Assembly: GCF_000010065.1 (NCBI RefSeq)
Contig: NC_006576.1
Location: 1,680,001-1,712,000, forward strand
From: Synechococcus elongatus PCC 6301
GTDB lineage: Bacteria > Cyanobacteriota > Cyanobacteriia > Synechococcales > Synechococcaceae
DNA: 32,000 nt
Reading direction: 5' to 3'
Position numbers and translations under genes: made by a program. Under the pieces are notes generated by a model that was given only the letters and a program-made list of their open reading frames with translations, was not told the origin of the DNA and did not search any database. This document shows, piece by piece, positions 17,694 to 26,402 of this stretch. Numbering within the stretch: the stretch's first letter is position 1; every line of letters begins with the position of its first letter.

Positions 17694-20600
17694 CGGATCT
17701 GGATTAACCGCGATTGCAGAGTCATCAGCGCTCATCAATTCGAATTTGCGCCAGCTGGGTTGATGTACCACGACGCAGTTACGGCCTGCAGCTTTGGCTT
17801 GGTAAAGACTGGTGTCAGCTGACTTGATCAACGTATCGCTCGCTAGCCCCGATTCTGGGAATGCAGCCACCCCAATTGAGATCGTGAGAGAGGGCAGCGT
17901 TTGCTCGTGATAGCTGATGATTAATTGAGCGATCGCCTGTCGAATTTGATCAGCCTTGCGAGCGCTGACTTCAAGGCTGGCTCCCGGCATTAAAATCGCA
18001 ATTTCTTCGCCACCAAAGCGACAGACCACATCTGAGGCACGAACTTGGTTAAGCAGGGCGCGAGCTACCTGTTTCAAGACCATATCGCCTGCATCGTGGC
18101 CAAACTCGTCGTTGAAACGCTTGAAGTAGTCAATATCCAGCATTAATATCCCGATGCTGTCACCACTGCGCTTGGCGCGGGCCAATTCCTGTTCAAAAAA
18201 TTCCTGCAGATAGCGGCGATTGAACAACCCTGTAAGCGGATCGCGCAGGTTCTCTTGGCGCAGGGTTTCTCGCAGTTGGAGGTTGGCAATTGCTAATGCA
18301 AGTTGCTCAGCGATGGTTTCAGCTAGAGGTGGGGCCTTGCTGTCCACACAGCTATTGTCATGTGTAACCATTTGTTCAAACTGTAGGTGCCCCAAAATCT
18401 CGCCGAAAGCGGCGAGCGGCAAGCAAAAAATGCTTTCTCCCGAGGAGATCTTGCCCTTGACGTGGGGGCAAGCTGGACTAAGCACTTGGTCCGGATCATA
18501 GAGATAGGGCGTACCACGGCGTAGAGCCCAACAATCGCTGAGCAAAAAAGACGGCTGAGTATGAACGGGTTGGCCCCATTCAACAATGGCTTGGAGCATT
18601 TCGAGCTTTCCATCCCGCTGGAGCAAACTCAGCTGACCGCGACAGTTAGGAAAGAGTTGGGGGAGAAATCCGGCAATTACTTGTCCTGCTTCAGCAACCG
18701 TGGAACAAGCCTGTAGAAAATCATTCAGCTGTCCCAGCAGTTGCATCTCCCGATTACGTTGATCGAGTTCTTGAATGCGCTCCTGCAACGCCAAGCCCAT
18801 TTCTTTGAGTGCTGTGATATCAATCGCTAGTCCTTGGACTAGCAGCGTTCCATCGACTGACAGCAACATCTCGCCTTGGTCGCGCACCCAAATGGTTTGG
18901 CCATCGCTGCGAATCATCCGATATTCAAAGCTGTAGGCTCGTTGTTCGGCGAGCGCGGCTTCAAACTGCTGTTGTATCTTGTCTAGGTCGTCTGGATGCA
19001 CAAACTGTTGCCACGTGTTGGCAAAGCCTGCATGCCACTGGGATTGATCAACTCCGAGCAAGGTTTCAATCTGAGGGCTGACATACCCCTTGTCCTGTAG
19101 AGCATTCGGCGAGAAACGATAGACCACCCCCGGATTCTTCTCGATCAGAAGACGGGCTTGCTCTTCGGCCTGGGCTAAACGTAATTCTGTAGCTTTGCGA
19201 TCGGTGATATCGATCGCACTGCCGATGAGTCGCACCACCTGACCTTCAGCATTACGAACGGCTTCGCCTTGTCCACTGACCCAGTGAATGCTGCCATCAG
19301 CCCAAGTCACACGAAAGTCGATGGAATAAGGAGTTCCTTGTTGGATGCATCTCTGCACATTTCTAAGCCAGTAGTCGCGATCGAGGGGATGAATTTGCTG
19401 TAGATGTTCCTCAAAGCTGGGTACGGGCTCACTGGGGTTCATCCCAAACAAACGAAACAGTTGAGGCGACCATTCAATTGTTTGGGTGACAACCTCAAAG
19501 GCCCAACTGCCAACCTTGGCGACGCGCTGAGCCGTTTCGAGCTGATCGCGAATCGACTCCAGTTCGGTGGTACGGATCTGCACTAAATGCTCAAGATTTT
19601 CGCTGAGATCCCGTAGCTGGCGATCAGTGTGTGCACGCTCGGTGACATCAATCACTGTACTTAAAACTAGTGATCGTCCTTCGGCGTCTGGCCCGAGAGC
19701 GGAGGAATAAAAATCCCAAGTCCGCAGCGCTCCCGAGCGAGTTTGAATGACAAATTCCCCATTCGCCTGCCGTTGACCGGGCGGCATCGCATAAACTTCC
19801 TCTGCGATGCGTAACACTTCTGCTACCTTCTCTGGGCCATAGACTTTTTCGAACCAACTTTCAACGGTGGGCGTGTCTTCAAGTTCATAACCACTTAATT
19901 CCCGCCAAGCTTCGTTGACCTCTAAGATGCAACCGTCACTGCGATAGAGCACCATCGGCTGAGGGGCTTGCATGACAATTTGTCGGAAACGCCGCTGGAT
20001 CTCTTGGGCTGCTTGGAGTGCGGTCAACAGTTTTTCTTCTTGCTGATTGAGCGATCGCGCAACAACCCAAAGAAGTGCGACTAGCAGACTGGTCGTAATC
20101 GGTGCCACGAGGCCGTCACTGACCACGGGGGTGACCGATAAGTACTGTTGGCTCAAAAACTTGAGACCGCGTAACAGCAGCGGTAATACAAAGAGCCAAG
20201 GCAACAGAGTCCGACTCAGTCGCCCCCCAAGCGAAGGACTACTCAGAATTGCTAGCAATCCCCGTTGGGGGTGGAAGCTGAGAGCCCCAATGCTGAGCAC
20301 TAAGAACCCCACAACCGTGTTAGAGGCGATCGCACTTTGGCGGTCGAGGAATAGATAAAAAGCATTGATGCCGAGTAAATAGCCAAAAAGGCCAAGCATT
20401 GCAATCCACCCGGCAATCAAAGCAAGACTCTGGCTACAGATCACTCGTGGTTCTCTCTGACTGCGAGCACAGCTGAGAGAAGCGGTCAGCAGTAAAAACG
20501 AGATTGCAGCTTGATCACTCATCCGACCCGGCAGGCCAGACCCCACTGGGGAAATGCGATCGCGAACCAGCAGTTCATCCAGCCCTAGATTCCAGCCCGT

Positions 20601-20882
20601 GACATATTGCAGCATGGTCAAGCTGGTGATCGTAGCGACTAGTAATAGACAAACGCGGTGCCATTGCTGCTGCCAACGCACCCTTGACTGCGCCCAGATC
20701 AATGCCCAACCGCTGAGGATAAAGCAGAAAGCCGTGTTGACCTTCATTGTGTTGGCACTGCCCGGCAGCAGCATCGTTAGTGCTGGACTACTGATTGCCC
20801 AGCCCAAGAGCACGATGAGCCCGAGGGTGATTGCCAAGAAGCCACAGAGTCGAGGGAGTGACAGCCAAACCCGTAATCGCAT
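17676..20882 (-). CDS. membrane-bound multi-sensor diguanylate cyclase (polytopic N-domain, 3 PAS/PAC, GAF, GGDEF)
   Basis: The first ~330 aa contain multiple hydrophobic helices. PAS/PAC-like repeats follow (WSPQLFRLFG, YRMIRSDGQTIWV and others), then a GAF domain. The GGDEF domain reads DPLTGLFNRRY..DIDYFKRFNDEFGHDAGD..RASDVVCRFGGEEI, with an RxxD I-site and the active-site variant GGEEI. The ORF-track start at 20987 is TTG. The ATG at 20882 (MRLRVWLSL) is preferred. Confidence 0.85.
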   Translation of the reverse strand: MRLRVWLSLPRLCGFLAITLGLIVLLGWAISSPALTMLLPGSANTMKVNTAFCFILSGWALIWAQSRVRWQQQWHRVCLLLVATITSLTMLQYVTGWNLGLDELLVRDRISPVGSGLPGRMSDQAAISFLLLTASLSCARSQREPRVICSQSLALIAGWIAMLGLFGYLLGINAFYLFLDRQSAIASNTVVGFLVLSIGALSFHPQRGLLAILSSPSLGGRLSRTLLPWLFVLPLLLRGLKFLSQQYLSVTPVVSDGLVAPITTSLLVALLWVVARSLNQQEEKLLTALQAAQEIQRRFRQIVMQAPQPMVLYRSDGCILEVNEAWRELSGYELEDTPTVESWFEKVYGPEKVAEVLRIAEEVYAMPPGQRQANGEFVIQTRSGALRTWDFYSSALGPDAEGRSLVLSTVIDVTERAHTDRQLRDLSENLEHLVQIRTTELESIRDQLETAQRVAKVGSWAFEVVTQTIEWSPQLFRLFGMNPSEPVPSFEEHLQQIHPLDRDYWLRNVQRCIQQGTPYSIDFRVTWADGSIHWVSGQGEAVRNAEGQVVRLIGSAIDITDRKATELRLAQAEEQARLLIEKNPGVVYRFSPNALQDKGYVSPQIETLLGVDQSQWHAGFANTWQQFVHPDDLDKIQQQFEAALAEQRAYSFEYRMIRSDGQTIWVRDQGEMLLSVDGTLLVQGLAIDITALKEMGLALQERIQELDQRNREMQLLGQLNDFLQACSTVAEAGQVIAGFLPQLFPNCRGQLSLLQRDGKLEMLQAIVEWGQPVHTQPSFLLSDCWALRRGTPYLYDPDQVLSPACPHVKGKISSGESIFCLPLAAFGEILGHLQFEQMVTHDNSCVDSKAPPLAETIAEQLALAIANLQLRETLRQENLRDPLTGLFNRRYLQEFFEQELARAKRSGDSIGILMLDIDYFKRFNDEFGHDAGDMVLKQVARALLNQVRASDVVCRFGGEEIAILMPGASLEVSARKADQIRQAIAQLIISYHEQTLPSLTISIGVAAFPESGLASDTLIKSADTSLYQAKAAGRNCVVVHQPSWRKFELMSADDSAIAVNPDPSGSPS

Positions 20883-21074
20883 GAACTGCTCAAAGCCCAA
20901 AACAAAGGGGCTAGCACCTCCTCTTCTAGTATCTTGAGCTCCACCTTGATTGCTCGGCTTTTTTACAATGCCCAACAGAAATCCCAAGGCAGGTCTTAAT
21001 CTATAGAGAGCAGCCCAAACTAGTTATTCCCTAGTGTGGTATCTGATTGTTTAATTTGTTGAGCTAACTGTTCT

Positions 21075-22391
21075 GTGCCACCCTCGCGCGACTCACGCCA
21101 TCCTTGGCCGGCAGCTAGTCGATGGATGCTGGGACTGGCGGCAGGGCTCGTCGTCGCTTGCTTGCTCGCGATTTTGAAGCCCGGTTCTGGCTGGTTGTTT
21201 TTGGCCAGTGGACTTGCCTCTGTTAGCGTAGCGTCTTTCCTCCAGGCAGCCAGTGATCGGCGCTACCTCGACGATCTGAGCCATCGCTATGAGCAGTTGC
21301 ATGATGAGAAAGAAATACTAGAGGAAAACTATCAGAAACAACTCGCCCAAGAGCGCATCCTACTAGACATTACCCTCAATATTCGTCAGTCGCTTAACCT
21401 CAGCCAAGTGATGGAGACCGCGGTCTCAGAAGTGCGATCGCTTCTGCGTGTCAATCGTGTCTTAATCTATCAATTTCAGCCTGACTGGCGTGGTCTGATC
21501 GTTGCTGAATCAGTATCTGAGCCGGAATTCTCGCTGATGGGAATTCAGATTGAAGATTATTGCTTTGCCAATAACTGGGACCAGCAGTATCGTGATGGTT
21601 ATATCCATCAAATTGACCACGTTGCCATTGCTGGATTAGATGACTGCTATCGTCGGTTGTTGCAATCGATCAAGGTAAAAGCCAATTTGGTTTTGCCGAT
21701 TCGCTACGGTGATAGCCTGTGGGGCTTATTAGCTGCTCATCACTGTATTCTGCCGCGGACTTGGCGTAATAGTGAAGTCGTATTGCTGACCCAAGTTGCC
21801 GAACAGCTGAGTATTGCGATCGCTCAATCGCAGTTGCTGAAAACCTTGCAAGTAACGAACCAGAGATTGCAGGATCAGGTGCGCATTGACGGCCTGACTC
21901 AAATTCCCAATCGCCGCCGCTTTGATGAGTATTTCAACGATGTTTGGCTATGGGGCTGTCGTGATCACACGCCTGTGGCCTTACTGCTGATCGATGTTGA
22001 TTACTTCAAAACCTATAACGATTTTTACGGGCATTTGGCCGGTGATGAAGTCCTGCGAAAAATTGGTTTATTGCTGAATTCGGTCGTTTTGCGAGCTACA
22101 GATCTGGTCGCTCGCTACGGGGGCGAAGAATTTGTCGCTGTTCTGCCAAGCACGACTCTCGAGGGAGCCCAAGCGGTGGCACGACGGTTACAAGCAGATT
22201 TACAGCGGTTGCAGATCCCACACAATCATTCGCCAGTTGCCGCTTGGGTGACAGTCAGTATTGGTATTGCGGTCACCATTCCCACGATTGATGTTGCATT
22301 AACGGACCTGATTGATCAGGCAGATAAGGCTTTGTACGAGGCGAAATCAGCAGGCCGCAATTGCATTATGTGGGCGGAGTCTTTGGCTTGA
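21075..22391 (+). CDS. diguanylate cyclase with two N-terminal TM helices, a coiled coil and a phytochrome/cyanobacteriochrome-class GAF domain
   Basis: The GAF reads RVLIYQFQPDWRGLIVAES..IEDYCF..YRDGYIHQIDHVAIAGLDDCYRRLLQSIKVKANLVLPI..LWGLLAAHHC. The GGDEF reads DGLTQIPNRRRF..DVDYFKTYNDFYGHLAGD..RATDLVARYGGEEF. The start at 21075 is GTG, with an alternative ATG at 21126. Confidence 0.85.
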   Translation: MPPSRDSRHPWPAASRWMLGLAAGLVVACLLAILKPGSGWLFLASGLASVSVASFLQAASDRRYLDDLSHRYEQLHDEKEILEENYQKQLAQERILLDITLNIRQSLNLSQVMETAVSEVRSLLRVNRVLIYQFQPDWRGLIVAESVSEPEFSLMGIQIEDYCFANNWDQQYRDGYIHQIDHVAIAGLDDCYRRLLQSIKVKANLVLPIRYGDSLWGLLAAHHCILPRTWRNSEVVLLTQVAEQLSIAIAQSQLLKTLQVTNQRLQDQVRIDGLTQIPNRRRFDEYFNDVWLWGCRDHTPVALLLIDVDYFKTYNDFYGHLAGDEVLRKIGLLLNSVVLRATDLVARYGGEEFVAVLPSTTLEGAQAVARRLQADLQRLQIPHNHSPVAAWVTVSIGIAVTIPTIDVALTDLIDQADKALYEAKSAGRNCIMWAESLA

Positions 22392-22407
22392 ATTGCTGAT
22401 CTAGATG

Positions 22408-22788
22408 TCAGGGTTGCTCGGTCGACTGTCGACCGAGGGCATAGACCCCGCAGGCGATCGAAGCAACCATGCCAAGACTTAAACCCCAGCTGTGTCCTAG
22501 GCTCACCTCCACACCCCAATCGCAAACACCACCCAAGACCAACAGGGGAAGGGTACTGATAATTGAGGCATAGAGCAGATTGACCGATTCCCGGGCTTCC
22601 CGCGATCGCTCGTACTCGGTGGTCGATGTGTAGAGAGAGCGATCGGCTTCTCCTAGCCAATGGGCAAGCTGCTGACTGAGTCGGCGGGTGACTGGCGCTA
22701 GGGCAAAGTAGAGCGCAATTGCCCAGAGAGCGGCTGCGGCCACACTGACCGCATCAAAGGGAAACAGCGATCGCAGGAAGAGAAACAT
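22408..22788 (-). CDS. hypothetical integral membrane protein
   Basis: This 126-aa ORF has about 3 hydrophobic helices (AAAALWAIALYFALAP, IISTLPLLVLGGV, LSLGMVASIACGVYAL). It has a clean ATG. No family was recognised. Confidence 0.5.
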   Translation of the reverse strand: MFLFLRSLFPFDAVSVAAAALWAIALYFALAPVTRRLSQQLAHWLGEADRSLYTSTTEYERSREARESVNLLYASIISTLPLLVLGGVCDWGVEVSLGHSWGLSLGMVASIACGVYALGRQSTEQP

Positions 22789-22896
22789 CGGAGTCAGGAG
22801 ACGACATAGTCTCTACAGCCTGACACAGACTTTTGGGCAGAACCGTTCATGGTGCGATCGCTAGGATCAAATCAGCCATTGTGGAGTGAGGAGATC

Positions 22897-23796
22897 ATGC
22901 CGATCGCAGCAGTACCCGGTCAGGTTTGGACTTGGCAGGGTCACCAGATCTATTACGTGCAAGCTGGGGAGACAGCAGGCGATCGCCCGCCTTTATTGTT
23001 GGTGCATGGCTTTGGTGCCTCAACCGACCACTGGTGGAAAAATATTGCAGACCTACAGGCAGACTTCCAAGTCTGGGCCATTGACCTGCTGGGCTTTGGT
23101 CGCTCCGCCAAACCGGCGATTGACTACAGCGGTCAACTCTGGCAACAGCAGCTCACGGATTTTATTCAAACCGTCATCGGTCAGCCTGCGATCGTGGCGG
23201 GTAACTCTCTGGGAGGATACGCTGCCCTCTGTGCGGCTGCCGCTGCTTCAGATTGGGTCAAGGGGGTTGTGTTGCTGAATAGTGCTGGCCCCTTCACGCC
23301 CGATGCGCCGCCCCCCGAGCCCTCGCCCTTGCAAAAATTCTGGCGATCGCTGCTGCGTGGCCTCACCCGCCAGCCCTGGGCCGTTTGGTTAGTCTTCAAG
23401 AATTTGCAGCGCCCCCAAACGATTCGCCGCACCCTCGAAAAGGTCTACTGCGATCGCAGTGCCGTCACCGATGATCTCGTTGAAGCGATTCGCCGTCCTT
23501 CCCTCGATCCGGGCGCCTTTGAGGTGTTTCGCTCGGTCTTCCGAACGCCCCAAGGTGAACCCGTTGATCAGCTCCTAGCACGACTCACCTGTCCGTTGCT
23601 CTTGATCTGGGGGAGCGGCGATCCCTGGATGAATTGCCAGCAGCGCAGTCAGCAGTTCCAGCGCTATGCTCGCAACCTGACAGAGCATTTTCTCGAAGCG
23701 GGCCATTGCCCCCACGATGAAGTACCTGACCAAGTCGATCGCTTGATTCGGGAGTGGGTAGAGCAGGCGATCACGCCGCAGTCACTGTGCTGTTAG
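22897..23796 (+). CDS. alpha/beta-hydrolase, pheophytinase/chlorophyll-dephytylase (PPH/CLD1)-like subfamily
   Basis: Motifs are WTWQGHQIYY..PPLLLVHGFGAS..HWWKNI..FQVWAIDLLGFGRSAKP..GNSLGG (nucleophile elbow) and GHCPHDE (catalytic His). The ATG at 22897 is preceded by GAGGAG. The ORF-track ATG at 22849 is an alternative. The subfamily assignment is from memory. Confidence 0.78.
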   Translation: MPIAAVPGQVWTWQGHQIYYVQAGETAGDRPPLLLVHGFGASTDHWWKNIADLQADFQVWAIDLLGFGRSAKPAIDYSGQLWQQQLTDFIQTVIGQPAIVAGNSLGGYAALCAAAAASDWVKGVVLLNSAGPFTPDAPPPEPSPLQKFWRSLLRGLTRQPWAVWLVFKNLQRPQTIRRTLEKVYCDRSAVTDDLVEAIRRPSLDPGAFEVFRSVFRTPQGEPVDQLLARLTCPLLLIWGSGDPWMNCQQRSQQFQRYARNLTEHFLEAGHCPHDEVPDQVDRLIREWVEQAITPQSLCC

Positions 23797-23805
23797 CGAT
23801 CGCGC

Positions 23806-23838
23806 AAAAAAAGAGGCAGAACCCGATCGGCTCTGCCC
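23806..23838 (-). terminator. intrinsic terminator of the rpsB-tsf operon (possibly bidirectional)
   Basis: On the minus strand, GGCAGAGCC-GATCG-GGTTCTGCC forms a 9-bp stem and is followed by TCTTTTTTT. It lies about 40 nt after the tsf stop. On the plus strand the same hairpin follows the hydrolase stop. Confidence 0.6.
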
Positions 23839-23879
23839 CTATATTTCTAACTCGTTCGAGTTGCTAGAATCAGCGGTTT

Positions 23880-24545
23880 TTAGCTTTGGGCAGCTGCTGC
23901 TTGAGCGGCCACTTCGGCAGCAAAATCGCTCTCAGCTTTCTCAATGCCTTCACCGAGGACAAAGCGGGTAAAGCGACGCACTTGGATGTTTTCACCCAAT
24001 TCAGCGATCGACTGTTTCACCAGCTCAGCCACCGAGATGTTGGGGTCGCGGATGTAGGGCTGATCCAGCAGCGTCAACTCTTTCAGTCGTTTTTCAATCC
24101 GGCCCACCACGATTTTCTCGCGGATATTTTCCGGCTTGTTGGCCAAGTCGTCACGACCCATTTCGATCGCTTTTTCCCGCTCAGCAATTTCAGCCGGGAT
24201 GTCTTCGACTTTGACAAATTCCACGTTCGGGCAAGCCGCAATTTGCATGGCAATGCTGCGGACGAGCTCTTGGAATTTATCGCCACGAGCCACGAAGTCG
24301 GTTTCGCAGTTGACTTCAACCAGCACGCCGACACGGCCGCCGGTGTGGATGTAGCTGCCAACCAACCCTTCAGCTGCGGTGCGGCCCGATTTCTTCTCAG
24401 CCGAAGCAATCCCTTTCTGACGCAGCCATTCGATCGCTTTTTGCAGGTCGCCGTCGTTTTCGTTCAGCGCCTTTTTGCAATCCATCATGCCAGCGCCGGT
24501 CTTTTCCCGGAGCTCCTTAACGAGCTTTGCACTAATTTCAGCCAT
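23880..24545 (-). CDS. tsf: translation elongation factor Ts
   Basis: The sequence [27 protein letters not shown]...CETDFVA is the canonical EF-Ts N-terminal UBA-like domain and core. Confidence 0.95.
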   Translation of the reverse strand: MAEISAKLVKELREKTGAGMMDCKKALNENDGDLQKAIEWLRQKGIASAEKKSGRTAAEGLVGSYIHTGGRVGVLVEVNCETDFVARGDKFQELVRSIAMQIAACPNVEFVKVEDIPAEIAEREKAIEMGRDDLANKPENIREKIVVGRIEKRLKELTLLDQPYIRDPNISVAELVKQSIAELGENIQVRRFTRFVLGEGIEKAESDFAAEVAAQAAAAQS

Positions 24546-24647
24546 GATCCAGGTGTGATGTGGGGGTCAAATTTTTGTCGATGAGGCGGTGGAGCCGCCG
24601 CAGGGCCACTGGGCCGCAGACTAGCCTACTCCACCGCGATCGCTTGC

Positions 24648-25403
24648 CTATGCTTCGTCGGCGTCGTCTTCGTACTCGTCTTCGGCGCCGTCGTAGTCAT
24701 ACTCTTCAGCAACCGGAGCTGCACCGTGACGAGCTTCGTAGATCGCGTCTGCCAGTTTGCTGACAATCAGCTTGACCGAGCGAATCGCGTCGTCGTTGCC
24801 CGGAATCGGCACATCGACCACGTCGGGGTCACAGTTGGTATCGAGCATCGCCACGATCGGAATGCCCAGCTTTTGGCATTCTTGGACCGCGTTGTACTCG
24901 CGTTTTTGGTCGATGATCACCACTGCGTCGGGCAGGCGGCGCATATTTTTGATGCCGCCCAAGTATTTCTGCAGCCGCTCCAGCTCACGCCGCAGCACTG
25001 CCGCTTCTTTCTTGGGACGCAGGGCCAAAGCGCCGGTTTCTCCCATCCGTTCCAGCTCTTTCAAGCGGTCAACCCGGCCTTTAATCGTGGCCCAGTTGGT
25101 AAGCATGCCGCCCAACCAACGTTGGTTGATGTAGTAGGAGCCGCAGCGGGTGGCTTCTTCAGCGATGATGCCAGCAGCTTGGCGTTTGGTGCCAACAAAC
25201 AGGAAGCGCTTACCTTGCTCGGCGTTGGTGCGCACCCAGCGGTAGGCAGTTTCGACACATTGCGCTGTTTTGACAAGGTCAATGATGTGGACCCCATTGC
25301 GCGCCGTGTAGATGTAGGGCGCCATGCGGGGGTTCCAACGACGAGTCTGGTGTCCAAAGTGGACACCAGACTCCATCATTTCAGCGAGAGAAATGATTGC
25401 CAT
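24648..25403 (-). CDS. rpsB: 30S ribosomal protein S2
   Basis: Motifs are [27 protein letters not shown] and [11 protein letters not shown]. It has an acidic C-terminal tail and lies upstream of tsf, as in most bacteria. Confidence 0.95.
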   Translation of the reverse strand: MAIISLAEMMESGVHFGHQTRRWNPRMAPYIYTARNGVHIIDLVKTAQCVETAYRWVRTNAEQGKRFLFVGTKRQAAGIIAEEATRCGSYYINQRWLGGMLTNWATIKGRVDRLKELERMGETGALALRPKKEAAVLRRELERLQKYLGGIKNMRRLPDAVVIIDQKREYNAVQECQKLGIPIVAMLDTNCDPDVVDVPIPGNDDAIRSVKLIVSKLADAIYEARHGAAPVAEEYDYDGAEDEYEDDADEA

Positions 25404-25748
25404 GATTATTTGACTCCAGGTCGGGTTTAAGCCTCCACCTCGACAGGATTCATTCCACCGGAATGAACACCCGAACGTCGAAGTGTGCGATTTGACACTT
25501 TTTCTAGGGTAGCACTTGGGCGCGATCGCAGGCGATGACCTGACTACAGCGATCGCGTGACAGATGGGACGGTATCTCCAGACAAGCGCTAGGAATGTGC
25601 TTCAGAAAACAGCCACAAATTCCGTAGCATTTGCTACAGTTTAAGGGCGAGGGTAATCGTTGGCCCAGTTTATCTGGGTGGAAGTAAGGTCTTTGGCCTG
25701 AAGCAACGCGCCTCTCAATGTCAAACAAAGTTGAGACGCGTACCCAAA

Positions 25749-26033
25749 ATGGAACTGACATACCGCGGGATTAAATATCCCTACACCCCCCCGACCGTCG
25801 CTTCGGCACCGAGCAGCATCTATACCGAATACAAAGGTCTCGATCTGCGCTTCCGCTCTAAAGAAGAACCCGTGCAACCGCTGAAAGTTGAAATGGCTCA
25901 GGCCAAACCGGCAACTTCAGCAAATCCAACGGAAGAAAAACTGGTGAGTCATCTCTACCGCCACGCCCTGCGTAGCTTGCAGCGGCAACAGCAAAAATCG
26001 ATGCGGGCCAAACAAGAGCTGCAGTTTGGCTAA
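25749..26033 (+). CDS. DUF4278-like small protein
   Basis: MELTYRGIKYPYTPPTV matches the M-x-L-x-YRG-x-x-Y N-terminus of the cyanobacterial DUF4278 family (from memory). The ORF-track start at 25731 is TTG, and the ATG at 25749 is preferred. A strong terminator follows. Confidence 0.6.
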   Translation: MELTYRGIKYPYTPPTVASAPSSIYTEYKGLDLRFRSKEEPVQPLKVEMAQAKPATSANPTEEKLVSHLYRHALRSLQRQQQKSMRAKQELQFG

Positions 26034-26074
26034 AAATTCGCCAGGATTGGCTCCCTATCCTGTTTGACGACGCC

Positions 26075-26101
26075 TACAGATCGCCTGCTGGAGTTCCAGC
26101 A
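26075..26101 (+). terminator. intrinsic terminator after the DUF4278-like gene
   Basis: CCTGCTGG-AGTT-CCAGCAGG forms a perfect 8-bp stem and is followed by CTTTTTT. Confidence 0.65.
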
Positions 26102-26402
26102 GGCTTTTTTATGGCAATCTGCAAGGTAGTTAGGACGATTGAACTTCGAATAGTTTGGTTGAGAGTCAACAGCCTCGGCTCGTGGGGGGTGATTACGCCC
26201 GCACCCGCGTACTGGGAAACTCAGTGAGAATGATCGGCTCAATCACGATCGCTACGGGTACCACTCGCTGGTTTAGCCACAGGTTTGAGGCTCATTCAGT
26301 TAGGTCAAAACCTCTTAATTTCCGACTCACTCAGTGCAATATGAGCGATCGCTGTCCGCTAGATCCGCGAGAGTAGTTGCCGTAATTCTGCCAGCTGCAG
26401 TT

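Noticed and set aside
20883-20987. A TTG-initiated 35-codon extension of the sensor DGC (MGFLLGIVKKPSNQGG...).
   Set aside because: It uses a rare start and adds a non-hydrophobic low-complexity peptide. The ATG at 20882 immediately precedes the first TM helix.
23886-25430. Long plus-strand ORFs (232 aa and 234 aa) opposite tsf and rpsB.
   Set aside because: They are antisense shadows of two universally conserved genes, with no independent start context or motifs.
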